A stretch of DNA of 64,000 nt from an uncultured Methanosarcinales archaeon (lineage in GTDB: Archaea; Nanobdellota; Nanobdellia; Woesearchaeales; UBA583). This document shows, in pieces, positions 29,819 through 39,844 of the stretch (positions are counted from its first letter, which is position 1; every line of letters begins with the position of its first letter). The stretch spans positions 34,849-98,848 of the forward strand of contig CAZULG010000003.1 in assembly GCA_964621065.1 (NCBI GenBank). The letters run 5' to 3'. Below the pieces are notes generated by a model. It had not been told where the DNA came from and ran no database searches. It saw only the letters and a list, made by a program, of their open reading frames with translations. The position numbers were made by a program, and so were the translations under genes.

Positions 29819-29872
29819 TTGAAACTTAGATTATAATGGTGTTAAGTTATAAATTAATTATGGACTAAATAT

Positions 29873-30250
29873 TTATTCATGAATAGAATAAATTTCAATT
29901 TGCTTTTCTCCTTCATACATTCTTACAACTCCTCTAATTATATACTCATTTTTTGAGTTAAATGTTGAAGCATTTGTTTGCATAATTGCTTGTATTAAAT
30001 CACTTGAATTTGTTGAGTTTTGAATGTTTACAACACTAAATGTGGAAGATGTATAGAGCGGATGAATTGTTCCAGTTGTTTGAATTGGTGTTTTGAGTGA
30101 CAAATTTGAGATTTGAGAAATTGAGTATTCTTTTGGAGGTTGCTCTTCTAAATACAAAATAGCTCCTGTTAGAAGAAGTGTGAGAATGAGCGTTGTTTTA
30201 ATAATGAGAGAGCGAGTTAAATATGAATAGAGAGTGTTTGAAATTGTCAT
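29873..30250 (-). CDS. Membrane-anchored OB-fold protein
   Basis: N-terminal TM; C-terminal IRGVVRMYEGEKQIEI is typical of OB folds. Confidence 0.7.
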   Translation of the reverse strand: MTISNTLYSYLTRSLIIKTTLILTLLLTGAILYLEEQPPKEYSISQISNLSLKTPIQTTGTIHPLYTSSTFSVVNIQNSTNSSDLIQAIMQTNASTFNSKNEYIIRGVVRMYEGEKQIEIYSIHE

Positions 30251-30349
30251 AGTAATTGTGTGATTTGAGAATTTATAAATATAATTTATATCTTATTTAC
30301 TTTAAAAAAATCAACTATGTTTATAAATTACAATACATAATAAGTAAAT

Positions 30350-31549
30350 ATGTTATTTAAGTTTAATAGGTGTGCTATTAAAAAAATTCCATATAGTTCT
30401 GCTGTACTTATTTTTATTGTAATAATTTCATTTTTAGAATACACTTCTGTTATAGATGTTGAAACATTTTTAGAGTTAAATATGATTGAAGATATTGTTG
30501 GAAATGAAAATAGAGGAGGAGAATTCGATAATGAAGAAATAGTTCAACTAAGAGAAATAGAAATACCATCAGAGCAGATATCATTTGAGTTTTGTGGAGA
30601 TTTGAGTTATCCGTGCTTTGATATGTTTGTCTCAACGCTTAATGCGTCGCAAAAATCAATTCAATGCGCGATACAAGATTTAAATGATGAGACACTTAAT
30701 GAAGTATTTAAGAGTGCGCATGATAGAAATGTACAAGTTGAGATTATTATGGATGAGAGTTATAGTGATAGAGAACGTGTTGAAGAATTGAAAGAGCACA
30801 ATATTTCAATTATTGATGATGCTTCTAGAAATAGTGGTTCGTATACAAATTTAATGCATGAAAAATTTTGTGTTATTGACTCAAAACACTCATTAATAGG
30901 TTCAGCAAATCCGACATCATTTGGATTGAAGAGAAATGAAAATGTTGTTATGAAGATTGAAAATTCAAGTGATGTTGCACAAGAATTACTAGAAGAATTT
31001 AATCAACTTAAACGTGGAGATTTTGGGGGGGATAAATTGAGCGGGAATTTCACAACTACTCAATATATAATTATCAATGGTTCACAGAATTCTTCTCAAA
31101 AAAATTTAGGTGAGTTTGAAGTAGTGTTTTGCCCACAAGAGGAGTGTGATGATAAGTTGGTGAATATATTAAACTCATCTCAAAAGTCAATTTATTTTGC
31201 AACATTTGTATTAACGCTTGATGCTGTTGAAGAAGTATTACTGTTTAAATCTCAAGAAGATATTGAAGTGAGAGGATTAGTTGATTCACGATTGATTAAT
31301 GCAAGAGGTTCAATTATTACAAATATGTCTCGACAATTTGAAATTAGAAAGGAGAATGCAACACCGACAATGCATCACAAATTATTTATTGTTGATGAGG
31401 AAATTGTGATTTTTGGTTCATTAAACCCATCAGCAAGTGGTGCGTATTATAATGATGAAAATATTGTTATTTTGAACTCAACGCACTATGCGCGTAAATT
31501 TGTAGATGAGTTTGAGGGCTTATTTGAGGAAGGAGTGAGTATAGACTAA
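30350..31549 (+). CDS. Membrane-anchored phospholipase D/nuclease with two HKD motifs
   Basis: MHEKFCVID...GSAN and MHHKLFIVD...GSLN. Confidence 0.92.
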   Translation: MLFKFNRCAIKKIPYSSAVLIFIVIISFLEYTSVIDVETFLELNMIEDIVGNENRGGEFDNEEIVQLREIEIPSEQISFEFCGDLSYPCFDMFVSTLNASQKSIQCAIQDLNDETLNEVFKSAHDRNVQVEIIMDESYSDRERVEELKEHNISIIDDASRNSGSYTNLMHEKFCVIDSKHSLIGSANPTSFGLKRNENVVMKIENSSDVAQELLEEFNQLKRGDFGGDKLSGNFTTTQYIIINGSQNSSQKNLGEFEVVFCPQEECDDKLVNILNSSQKSIYFATFVLTLDAVEEVLLFKSQEDIEVRGLVDSRLINARGSIITNMSRQFEIRKENATPTMHHKLFIVDEEIVIFGSLNPSASGAYYNDENIVILNSTHYARKFVDEFEGLFEEGVSID

Positions 31550-31593
31550 GAATTATAAATATTTATAAGTTGATAGTATGTGAGGATTTGAAT

Positions 31594-31845
31594 ATGAAAT
31601 TAATTGGCAGATATAATTTGAATAAACGCTCTAGTTTAAAATTCATATTAATGTGCATTTCATCAGTAACTTTATTTTTTTCATTGTATTTTGCAGCGTA
31701 CTATGTAGCAATGCTCTCAGTTATTTTTGTTGTATCACTGCTTGTAATTGGAATCATACAAATATTATATTCAATTCATAAAAGACGAAAAGAGGAGCGA
31801 AAGAAGCGGAAAATTTCAGAATTAGGAAGATATTTTGATAAGTAA
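31594..31845 (+). CDS. Small two-TM membrane protein
   Basis: Two hydrophobic segments and a basic tail. Confidence 0.65.
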   Translation: MKLIGRYNLNKRSSLKFILMCISSVTLFFSLYFAAYYVAMLSVIFVVSLLVIGIIQILYSIHKRRKEERKKRKISELGRYFDK

Positions 31846-31912
31846 GTATGGCTAGAATTTAAGACTAGAAAAGATAAATTTTATAAACAATTTCACACTT
31901 ATTTATATATAT

Positions 31913-31985
31913 GAGAGCTTAGCTCAGTTGGTAGAGCACCAGACTGAAGATCTGGGTGTCCTCGGTTCAAGTCCGAGAGTTCTCA
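31913..31985 (+). tRNA. tRNA-Phe(GAA), no encoded CCA
   Basis: Acceptor GAGAGCT/AGTTCTC, D-arm GCTCAGTTGGTAGAGC, anticodon arm CCAGA-CTGAAGA-TCTGG and T-loop GGTTCAAGTCC. Confidence 0.97.
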
Positions 31986-32169
31986 TTGTTTTAGGGTCTT
32001 GGGTTGTGTGACTTGAGACTTGAGTTTTATTCTGTGCTGATGTTAAATATTTGTAGGGTAGAGACTCTATAAGAGCACTTTTGTTTATATTCTTCTTGTT
32101 AAAAATATCGTTTAATTGAGTATTAATTGAGATATTCACTCGCGTTTTATCTTGCTTTGGTCTCGCCAT
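31924..32169 (-). mobile_element. RHH-domain ORF running antisense into tRNA-Phe; probable Int(N) fragment of an SSV-type integrated-element remnant
   Basis: MARPKQDKTRVNISIN..L...FNKKNINKSALIESL (RHH). The last ~20 codons (MRTLGLEPRTPRSSVWCSTN) are the reverse complement of the tRNA. Confidence 0.6.
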
Positions 32170-32365
32170 TTTCGTTAATTTAGTGCGTGAGTGAAATGTT
32201 TTATTTTTTAATTTTAAATTGTAAACATAATAAGATATATTATACACATATGGAGAGTGTATGTCTTCTTTTTTAGGAACAGAATCATAAAAATAATGAA
32301 AAATATTAAACACAGTGAAATAATAACTAAGTGGGTAATATATTAATATAAAAATAAACAAATTT

Positions 32366-33034
32366 TTATTCTAAACAACTTATATATGTTTCACTAAACT
32401 TTTTTGTATAATCTTTTTCTATTTCATCAACCTCTTCTGCTAAAGCTATGAAAGGAGTTTCATAATTTCTTTCAAAATCATTTTGTGTTACACTATCATC
32501 AAAAAGACCTTCACACAAATTACGAGTTAAGACTACAATTTCTTCTCTTTCTTCTTTAAGCTCACCTAACAAAAGTTCAAAATCATTAATATTGTCTTCA
32601 CAAGATATATCATTTTCATTATTAATCTTATTAAACATTTCAAGTTCTTTTTCCTCATCCCTACTATAATCTAAAAACTGTTTTTCTATATTATTCGCAT
32701 AACTCAAGCAATTAGATAATCTCTCATAAGCGTTCTCACTATCTACCTCTTCATATTCAACATTTTGATAATATTTTTGATATTCTATTATTGCATCAAT
32801 TTTTTGAATATTAACAATACTCTCATTTTCTTTAATTTCTAGTTGTGTCAATAAATTACTTTTCTCAATATCTTGAGCCTTAATTTGTTCATTTAAATTA
32901 CTAATCTCTGTGTTAAGAGAGTTATTAGTTGTATAGTATTTATATCCAGCAATTCCTGCTACAGCTAGCGAAATGATACAAATAATTGATAATACGAGAT
33001 TTAAATTTTTATTTTTCTTATTATTTTCACTCAT
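32366..33034 (-). CDS. Membrane-anchored coiled-coil hypothetical protein
   Basis: N-terminal TM followed by an acidic helical domain. Confidence 0.75.
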   Translation of the reverse strand: MSENNKKNKNLNLVLSIICIISLAVAGIAGYKYYTTNNSLNTEISNLNEQIKAQDIEKSNLLTQLEIKENESIVNIQKIDAIIEYQKYYQNVEYEEVDSENAYERLSNCLSYANNIEKQFLDYSRDEEKELEMFNKINNENDISCEDNINDFELLLGELKEEREEIVVLTRNLCEGLFDDSVTQNDFERNYETPFIALAEEVDEIEKDYTKKFSETYISCLE

Positions 33035-33159
33035 GTTATAAATGTAAGAATTCCTAATTTATAAACAATATGTTTTTTGTTAACTAGATAAATAAATATA
33101 GATATTAATTTATATTCTAAGAAAAAAGAGTTTAACATCAAACAAAAAGTATATTTATT

Positions 33160-33909
33160 TTAAACTGTTTCTAAAATAACTCCTATTATAATAAATACAA
33201 TTCCTATGCTGAGTAAAATTGTAATATCTTTGAGCAGTTGTTTATCTACACTTGTTTTGAATTTTTTTTTATGAATATCAAATCGAAGTGAGAGTAGAAT
33301 TCCACAAAATCCTGCTATAATATATCCTCCTACTTCAAGCAGTGTTGAGCTCAGTGATAAGAGTGTTAAAGTCAAAATTGGCATAACTTGTCCAAGTTGA
33401 TACATCTTTAGTGCAAAGAGTAATGCACACCATTGAACAATAAAAAATAGAGCTGATATGCTTATAAATGAGAGGAGGAATGCTAAGAAAAAAATACCTA
33501 AATTATTAATCAAAAGGGGAAGAAATTCAACTGTTTCATTCAACAGCCCCGTGAGCCCAATTGAGAAATCTTGCAAATTTGTTGGAACAAATTGAGCGTA
33601 TGAGAGGGCAACGAAGAATCCAAATACTAGTGCGAGAAAAATGGTCCATGTTGCAAGTAATTCTCTTGCATGCCGCTGTAGAAGTGAGAGTTCGCTTTGT
33701 TTGTGAAATAATTCTTTGTTATCATCATGTTTTAAAAATTGAGTGAATGGATAACTCAAAGTCACTGCAATTAGAATCAAAAATGCATAAAATGAAATCT
33801 CAAAATACAGAGCAATTGAGAAGAGAAATGATGTCATAAAAAATACATAAATAAAAACTGAGAATAACTCATTGAGTTTTAATTTGTGTTCTATAAATCT
33901 CTCAAACAT
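33160..33909 (-). CDS. SpoIIM-like (DUF95) membrane protein
   Basis: Multi-TM protein with LLINNL and LLEVGGYIIAG. Confidence 0.7.
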   Translation of the reverse strand: MFERFIEHKLKLNELFSVFIYVFFMTSFLFSIALYFEISFYAFLILIAVTLSYPFTQFLKHDDNKELFHKQSELSLLQRHARELLATWTIFLALVFGFFVALSYAQFVPTNLQDFSIGLTGLLNETVEFLPLLINNLGIFFLAFLLSFISISALFFIVQWCALLFALKMYQLGQVMPILTLTLLSLSSTLLEVGGYIIAGFCGILLSLRFDIHKKKFKTSVDKQLLKDITILLSIGIVFIIIGVILETV

Positions 33910-33941
33910 ACTCTACTCATAATTAGTACTTTCTTTAGTAA

Positions 33942-34298
33942 TTATTTAAACTTATGAGTTGCTACATATATAATTAGACCAATAATGATAATTCCAACAA
34001 GAAGTCCTACACTAGAAGCTGTGTTTGCTGTAATGAGTCCACCCAGAGGCGATTGATTTGAATTTTGCGTTGTTAATTGTGCATACTCAACCTCTTGAGA
34101 ATTCAAAGATGAATCAGTGGGCGCATTATTATTTGAATTAGAACTCTCACTTACAGATGTTTTATTGTTGAAAAAATTCAGACTCATCTTATGTGTTTCA
34201 TATTCTACTTCTGAGAATGAAAAAGAGATGAGCAGAGCAATTGTGTAAAAGAGGAGGAGTATTCTTGATACTATCATTTGATTGAGTTGTATGTTCAT
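33942..34298 (-). CDS. Hypothetical exported protein with C-terminal TM anchor
   Basis: Signal-like N-terminus, S/N-rich linker and GLITA...TM-HKFK tail. Confidence 0.65.
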   Translation of the reverse strand: MNIQLNQMIVSRILLLFYTIALLISFSFSEVEYETHKMSLNFFNNKTSVSESSNSNNNAPTDSSLNSQEVEYAQLTTQNSNQSPLGGLITANTASSVGLLVGIIIIGLIIYVATHKFK

Positions 34299-34399
34299 TA
34301 TATATGAGATAATGAATTGGAGCTTTTATATTTTTTTGTTTACTACTCACTGTTTGTATATAAGATACTTTTATAAATTTCAATATCTTAAATTTGAAT

Positions 34400-35395
34400 A
34401 TGAAAGATAAAAAAATTTTTCAACCTTCTCACTCATCAACTCTTCCATCAATTTTAACGAGTAAGGATAAGTTAATTTTAAAACAGTTACTAAATGATGG
34501 ACGAAAAACTAGTGCGAGTATTTCAAAAGACATTGATTTGGGGAGAGAGATTATTAATTATCGAATTAAGAGGTTAGTAAAAGAGAATTTGATTGTCAAA
34601 TTTGTTCCAAAACTTCATGAGGGTTCACAAGCGTACAAAGAGTATATTATTTTGTTAAAATTAAAACTTGAAGATTCTATTTCAAAAGATCAATTCATTA
34701 AAAATACAATTGGAAATAAGTATTTAGTGTGGGTGTTGAAATCAAATGAAGGATGGGATTTAATTGTTAAATTATACGCATTAAGTGTTGAAGAGTTTCA
34801 GGCAAAACTTGCTGAAATTTTAGAATTATTCTCAGAGGTTCTTGCTAAGTATTATACGATTTTATCTGCAAGTCCAATTAAAGAAGCGCAAAGAGAGATT
34901 TTGCTCGAGAGTGTGTTTCAAGATACAATTCAAGATGATTTTCAAACGATTAAAAATGTTGAGATGAATTTTAAAATTGATGAGAAGGACAAGGAACTTT
35001 TAGATTTGTTGAGTAGTGATGGAAGAATTCAATATAAAGATATGGCTGATAAGCTAAATGTTTCAGCTGATACTGTGAAATATCGAATTGAAAAGTTAAA
35101 ACATCAAGGTCTAATTGAGAGATTTGAGCCGGTGATTAATTTTTCAAAACTTGGGTTTTTACAATATGCAATGATTATGAAATGTGGATATCTACACCCA
35201 GAAGTATTGGAGGAGCTTAAGCTTACAATTTCAAAACACCAGCATATTGTTCGAGCGATTAAAAATACGTATAGTGAAGAGTTTTTTATGACAATTATTT
35301 GTGAAAAAGAGAGTTTTAAAGAAGAATTAGAAGAAGAATTGAGAAGCATTTGTAATGCAACAGAGATTCAATTTGATTGGTTTGAAATGGATTAA
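34400..35395 (+). CDS. Duplicated Lrp/AsnC transcription regulator
   Basis: Two repeats of D..IL..L..DGR....(I/M)...(L/I).......YRI..L...(G/N)LI..F.P. Confidence 0.9.
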   Translation: MKDKKIFQPSHSSTLPSILTSKDKLILKQLLNDGRKTSASISKDIDLGREIINYRIKRLVKENLIVKFVPKLHEGSQAYKEYIILLKLKLEDSISKDQFIKNTIGNKYLVWVLKSNEGWDLIVKLYALSVEEFQAKLAEILELFSEVLAKYYTILSASPIKEAQREILLESVFQDTIQDDFQTIKNVEMNFKIDEKDKELLDLLSSDGRIQYKDMADKLNVSADTVKYRIEKLKHQGLIERFEPVINFSKLGFLQYAMIMKCGYLHPEVLEELKLTISKHQHIVRAIKNTYSEEFFMTIICEKESFKEELEEELRSICNATEIQFDWFEMD

Positions 35396-35422
35396 AGAAG
35401 AAGGATTATTCTAATCCTTGAA

Positions 35423-35803
35423 TTAGTTATCTAATTTATTATATCTATCAAGTACTAGAACCTTTAACTGTTGCCATATATTTTCTTTATATTCTTGTGT
35501 ACTTTTCCATGACTTTTTATCAATAATTATTTTTGCTAATTCAACTACTGGATTTGTGAGACCTTTATGACCATTTTCAGCGTCTTTTGCTAATTCTGCT
35601 TTAATGAGATTTTTCATTCGAGGAATAATAATCTCGTTAACTTGTCTACTACTAAAATCAAGTTCTAGGTTTGGAAAGTTCTTAAATGTTTGAACTGCAA
35701 GTTCTAGAGCTTCTTTGTAATTTTGTTTAATTGTTTTTTTATCTTTGAAAAATATTCCCATAACTTGAACAGACAATTGTAATTTATATTTGTTTTGTGT
35801 CAT
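35423..35803 (-). CDS. Hypothetical protein
   Basis: Intact ORF co-oriented with trm1. Confidence 0.6.
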   Translation of the reverse strand: MTQNKYKLQLSVQVMGIFFKDKKTIKQNYKEALELAVQTFKNFPNLELDFSSRQVNEIIIPRMKNLIKAELAKDAENGHKGLTNPVVELAKIIIDKKSWKSTQEYKENIWQQLKVLVLDRYNKLDN

Positions 35804-35819
35804 TGAGAGCAGTATTAAT

Positions 35820-36155
35820 CTAATTATTTATTAATTTTGAAACTCTTTGTAATTCTGCAAGAATATCTCCTTTAAAAACTTTAAATTCTTCGTTTAGTTC
35901 GTCTTCACTAGATTCCTTTTTAAGTTCTATAGAAAACTCTCCAAATAAACGATTATAGTAAATCATAAATTTATTAATAAATTCTGGAAATATGAAATTA
36001 TCCACACTTTTTCTTTCTATGAATTCAGCTAGAATTGTAACAACTTTATTTTGTTGTTCATCTAATTGTTTTAATTCTGTGTGTTTTGATATTGAATTAT
36101 AGGTTTTTTCAAGTAGAGTAAAGTATATTTCTATTGTAGATAAGTTATTAGACAT
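35820..36155 (-). CDS. Hypothetical protein
   Basis: Intact ORF 7 nt after the trm1 stop. Confidence 0.65.
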   Translation of the reverse strand: MSNNLSTIEIYFTLLEKTYNSISKHTELKQLDEQQNKVVTILAEFIERKSVDNFIFPEFINKFMIYYNRLFGEFSIELKKESSEDELNEEFKVFKGDILAELQRVSKLINN

Positions 36156-36162
36156 CTACTAG

Positions 36163-37299
36163 TTATCTTGCTTTAATACTTTTAATTTTTTCGATTAATT
36201 CTTCAAAACTTAGTGTTGTTTTCAGTCCTCTCTTTGAACAGTGAGAGAGAGATGATGTATGATATTCAGTGTTGAGATGTTCAAATAATGTGGTGAATTT
36301 CACTCCTTCATCAATACCACAATAACTTTGCAGTTTGTGAATATCGTAATATCCTATACTCTCAACTTCGTCATATAATGATTGGAGTAATTTGAGTGTT
36401 TGTTTTGCATCTTCAATGAGTTCAATATCATCAATGCATTTAAAGAGTAATTGTTTATTATTCAACTCACCCATATACAATGGACCAATGCGCCCAGTTT
36501 TATCAAATTCAAATTGTGATATGTTTTGAGTCTCTCGCTCGTATGATATGTATTGATGATTTTTGATGAAGTGCAATGATTGTTGAGCACTCTCTTCAAC
36601 TCGAAAAAATATTCGATAAAAGTGTCCATATACAAAACTCACCTCTACATGTAGTGCTTTATCAAATTTTCCAGCTTGTTTTTGACAATATGCTATAAGT
36701 CCTCGAAGACCTAATTCATCAAAACAGAGTGTTTTGTGAATGTGTAAATTGTAGCGTCTGAGTGCTTTTTTGGGATATACACCACACAGTGATGCAGTAT
36801 CTGTTGCAGTGACACATAATAATCCGTTATGATTTGTTTGAGAAATTGCTGCGTCTAAAAATGGAGCAGGACTTCCAAATGGGTCAATTTCAACGCAATC
36901 ATAATTTGAAGTATATAATAGTTGTTGCGCTTTGGTATTAAACAATGTAATATTTTCTTGAGGAGTTGCGTTTAATTCAAATGTGTGTTTACAATTCTCA
37001 AGAGCATCTGCTGAAATATCTCCTAAATGAAGTTTTGAGAATAATTGAGGAAAGTGTTGCAAATATCGCGCTTCGCGAATTCCACTTGCAACCATTGGGT
37101 CGCAAAAACTAATTGGGCGCGTGAAATTAGAGAAGAAGTGTTTGATGACAAGTAAAGAGACATCTCGATGCAGTTTCATAATGGGATTGTAAAATGTTCC
37201 CATTTTTTTAGTTACGAGAACATTATCTTTGGAGAAGTCAATTTCTTTTGATGTTTGAAGTGGAATTGTAATTCCTTCTTCAACAATATGTGTGTTCAT
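36163..37299 (-). CDS. trm1: tRNA (guanine-26-N2)-dimethyltransferase
   Basis: FYNPIM..HRD.S, SGIRE.RY, EIDPFGSPAPFLDAA, LCVTATD, ELGLR.L and GPLY.G.L. Confidence 0.95.
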   Translation of the reverse strand: MNTHIVEEGITIPLQTSKEIDFSKDNVLVTKKMGTFYNPIMKLHRDVSLLVIKHFFSNFTRPISFCDPMVASGIREARYLQHFPQLFSKLHLGDISADALENCKHTFELNATPQENITLFNTKAQQLLYTSNYDCVEIDPFGSPAPFLDAAISQTNHNGLLCVTATDTASLCGVYPKKALRRYNLHIHKTLCFDELGLRGLIAYCQKQAGKFDKALHVEVSFVYGHFYRIFFRVEESAQQSLHFIKNHQYISYERETQNISQFEFDKTGRIGPLYMGELNNKQLLFKCIDDIELIEDAKQTLKLLQSLYDEVESIGYYDIHKLQSYCGIDEGVKFTTLFEHLNTEYHTSSLSHCSKRGLKTTLSFEELIEKIKSIKAR

Positions 37300-37378
37300 A
37301 GCAATAATATTCCAATAATTTTTAAATACTTATTTGTTTGTATTGAAATAGATTTGGCTCAAAATATTAATTTTTTAT

Positions 37379-37462
37379 GTGGGGGTTGCCAAGTCCGGTC
37401 AAAGGCGCACCCTTGAGGGGGGTGTCTCGTAGAGTTCGCGGGTTCAAATCCCGTCCCTCACA
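37379..37462 (+). tRNA. tRNA-Leu(GAG), no encoded CCA
   Basis: Acceptor GTGGGGG/CCCTCAC-A, anticodon arm CACCC-TTGAGGG-GGGTG, long variable arm and GGTTCAAATCC. Confidence 0.96.
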
Positions 37463-37689
37463 TTATATTTTACAAGTAATAATTTCTAAAATTAGGGTTT
37501 GAACCTTGGTTCCTCCGGTGCAAAGAATTTTCGAAGAAAATTGTTCCGCACGAATCCCGTCCCTCACACTATATTTTTATAAATTATCATTTAGATTTTA
37601 GGGATGAGAACGCAGTTGTTTTGAAAAAACCAACGAACGAAACGCTAGTGAAGTGACCTTGCGAATCCCGTCCCTCACATTATTTTTTT
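37447..37689 (+). repeat. Three direct copies of the tRNA-Leu 3' end (AATCCCGTCCCTCACA plus T-rich tail) separated by distinct structured inserts
   Basis: Copies at 37447, 37553 and 37664 (periods 106 and 111 bp). Confidence 0.9.
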
Positions 37690-37734
37690 GTAAATTAAAA
37701 TTAGTTGTATGATTATTTTAGACATTTAGTTTCA

Positions 37735-38469
37735 CTATGCTGCTTGTGCTTTAGAACTTTTTCTGGCGCTTTTCTTCACTTTTTCAATAACTCGCATTTG
37801 ACTTCCTCCAATTTCTTCACTCATTTTTTCTCCAGTTTCAAGTAGACTCCTAATGAGTTTACTTCCTATTGCAGTTTGATCCAATTTATCAACTCGCGCT
37901 AATTGCAATGCTCGAAGTGTTGTGTTATATATAAAGTTTTGATTTAAATAATCAATATTTGCAGGAGGTTGTTCTCCATAGGCAAGAGCATATGCAAGTC
38001 CTTTAAGATGTTCATGAGTCAAATCATAATCATGCATTGCTTCATTTTCATAAAACTCTTTTGCAGCGTGTAGTCTATCATATGCACCAGCAGCCATATA
38101 TCCAGCAACTATTAATTGCAATCCTTTCATAGCCATACCTTGAAACATGGAAGCCGATTTATCAGTTGGAGTTATTGAGCTTTCTATATTATTATTATTA
38201 TTATTATTATTCACTCCCATCATATCAGAAATTGATTTGTAAGACTCCCACAAAGCGTATGCAGTAACTAAATGAGGTAAATATTCTAGTGCTTTTGATA
38301 CAAATCCTTCTTTTGAAGAAGAATTTTCATTAACTAGGTTTTCAAGTTTATCGCTTTTACCACCTTCAATAACTCTTAAATTTGCTTTAGATGAAGAACT
38401 AGATTTTGTAGAATGACCTCCTCCTAAAAGTCCTTCAAGTCCACCATACACTTTCTTAGCAACTCCCAT
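37735..38469 (-). CDS. Hypothetical protein (two hydrophobic segments, poly-Asn)
   Basis: 244-aa ORF with upstream TATA. Confidence 0.7.
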   Translation of the reverse strand: MGVAKKVYGGLEGLLGGGHSTKSSSSSKANLRVIEGGKSDKLENLVNENSSSKEGFVSKALEYLPHLVTAYALWESYKSISDMMGVNNNNNNNNIESSITPTDKSASMFQGMAMKGLQLIVAGYMAAGAYDRLHAAKEFYENEAMHDYDLTHEHLKGLAYALAYGEQPPANIDYLNQNFIYNTTLRALQLARVDKLDQTAIGSKLIRSLLETGEKMSEEIGGSQMRVIEKVKKSARKSSKAQAA

Positions 38470-38562
38470 ATTTTATATATTATATGTATTCTAGATTTAT
38501 AAATCTGTTGATTGTAACTACTTTAAATGACAACATAATTTCAACTAAATTGAACCAGTATT

Positions 38563-39750
38563 ATGAGTATGTTTCAACTAACACAATTTTATGCGTATCA
38601 ATCATATCTATTTAAACCAACTTTAGATACACTTCGAATTTATTCATATTCTCAAGAAGATATTGACAATTTAAAACAGATTAAAATACAATCACTTGAA
38701 GACTGTGAATCATTGTATGAGCAAATAACTCATTTAGTTAAACAATATAGAGAAGAGCAATGTGTATTAGTGCACAATAAAGAGATAGAAGATATCTCAA
38801 CATATTCACACACACCATCAAATAGATTAACAGGAGAGAAAAAACAACGATTTGAATACTTACAATCGATGAAACAGCTCCTTCAAGCGCTCCACTCACA
38901 CTACACTTTACTCCCAACTCTTAATACTTCAATTCTCTCATCCCACATTTCAACGATTCAATCAATTACTTCAAAACATATACATGAGTTAGAAGATAAA
39001 ATAAACGAATTAGAGAGTTCACATAAATCACTCACTTCACAACTCCAGCTCAAAGAGCGCTCAAAACAAGAATTATATGATGAATTAGAAGCATATAAAA
39101 AAGATTTCCTACAAAATAAGAAACTTCATGAGAAAAAATACAAAGAACAATTAACCATAGATAATAAAACTGACTCAATAACTAACAAAATTGAACTACA
39201 CAATAGATCAATTTCGCGTATTCAAACTCAGCTTAAACACCTTAGTTCATCACAAGCATCTTCATATCTTCCAACATATCAGCTTATTCTCTCACTAGGT
39301 TTATTATTTTATTCTTCAAAAAATACAAAACACTATCAAATTCAAGTACTTGAGGAGAAAATATTTACAATTGAAAATACAATTGAAAAACTTCAAACAT
39401 CTCTTCTTCAGCTTAAACAGCAACATAAAAAAATTGAACAAGAGGCTCAAAAATATGCAAAATTATGTAGTGAAGAAGAAATTGAGCGAAGAAATCAAGA
39501 ATTAGAAGATATTGCTCATCAAATCACCCGTTTGAAAAAAAAGTCCAGTGGTGTATTGGAAGAAAAAGATGAAAATCAACTGAAGCGAGATAATATAAAG
39601 CTGATTCAACAAAAGTGCTCACAGGAGTCAATTCAAGCGCAATTTGATATCATTAATTCACAAATTGAACTTATAGAGCGACAATTAGATATTTACTCAC
39701 AAGATCCAGTTAATAATTTACATGATGGGTATTATTATCAAAACTCATAA
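38563..39750 (+). CDS. Coiled-coil protein with one hydrophobic segment
   Basis: Heptad-rich Q/E/K/L sequence and YQLILSLGLLFY. Confidence 0.7.
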   Translation: MSMFQLTQFYAYQSYLFKPTLDTLRIYSYSQEDIDNLKQIKIQSLEDCESLYEQITHLVKQYREEQCVLVHNKEIEDISTYSHTPSNRLTGEKKQRFEYLQSMKQLLQALHSHYTLLPTLNTSILSSHISTIQSITSKHIHELEDKINELESSHKSLTSQLQLKERSKQELYDELEAYKKDFLQNKKLHEKKYKEQLTIDNKTDSITNKIELHNRSISRIQTQLKHLSSSQASSYLPTYQLILSLGLLFYSSKNTKHYQIQVLEEKIFTIENTIEKLQTSLLQLKQQHKKIEQEAQKYAKLCSEEEIERRNQELEDIAHQITRLKKKSSGVLEEKDENQLKRDNIKLIQQKCSQESIQAQFDIINSQIELIERQLDIYSQDPVNNLHDGYYYQNS

Positions 39751-39844
39751 TCTACTGCTCTTGATTAGATATTATTCACAGATGTGTATCTGACACACAA
39801 TCACTAACATTTATTAAATAAGACCTGTTTTGTATATTATTAAA

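Noticed and set aside
32170..32361. N-terminal 64 codons of track ORF 31924-32361
   Set aside because: Low-complexity AT-rich read-through; the protein-like sequence begins at ATG 32169.
37447..37689. CRISPR array interpretation of the 16-bp repeats with unique spacers
   Set aside because: The repeat is the tRNA-Leu 3' end, the spacers are ~90 bp, there are only three copies and no cas genes are in the window.
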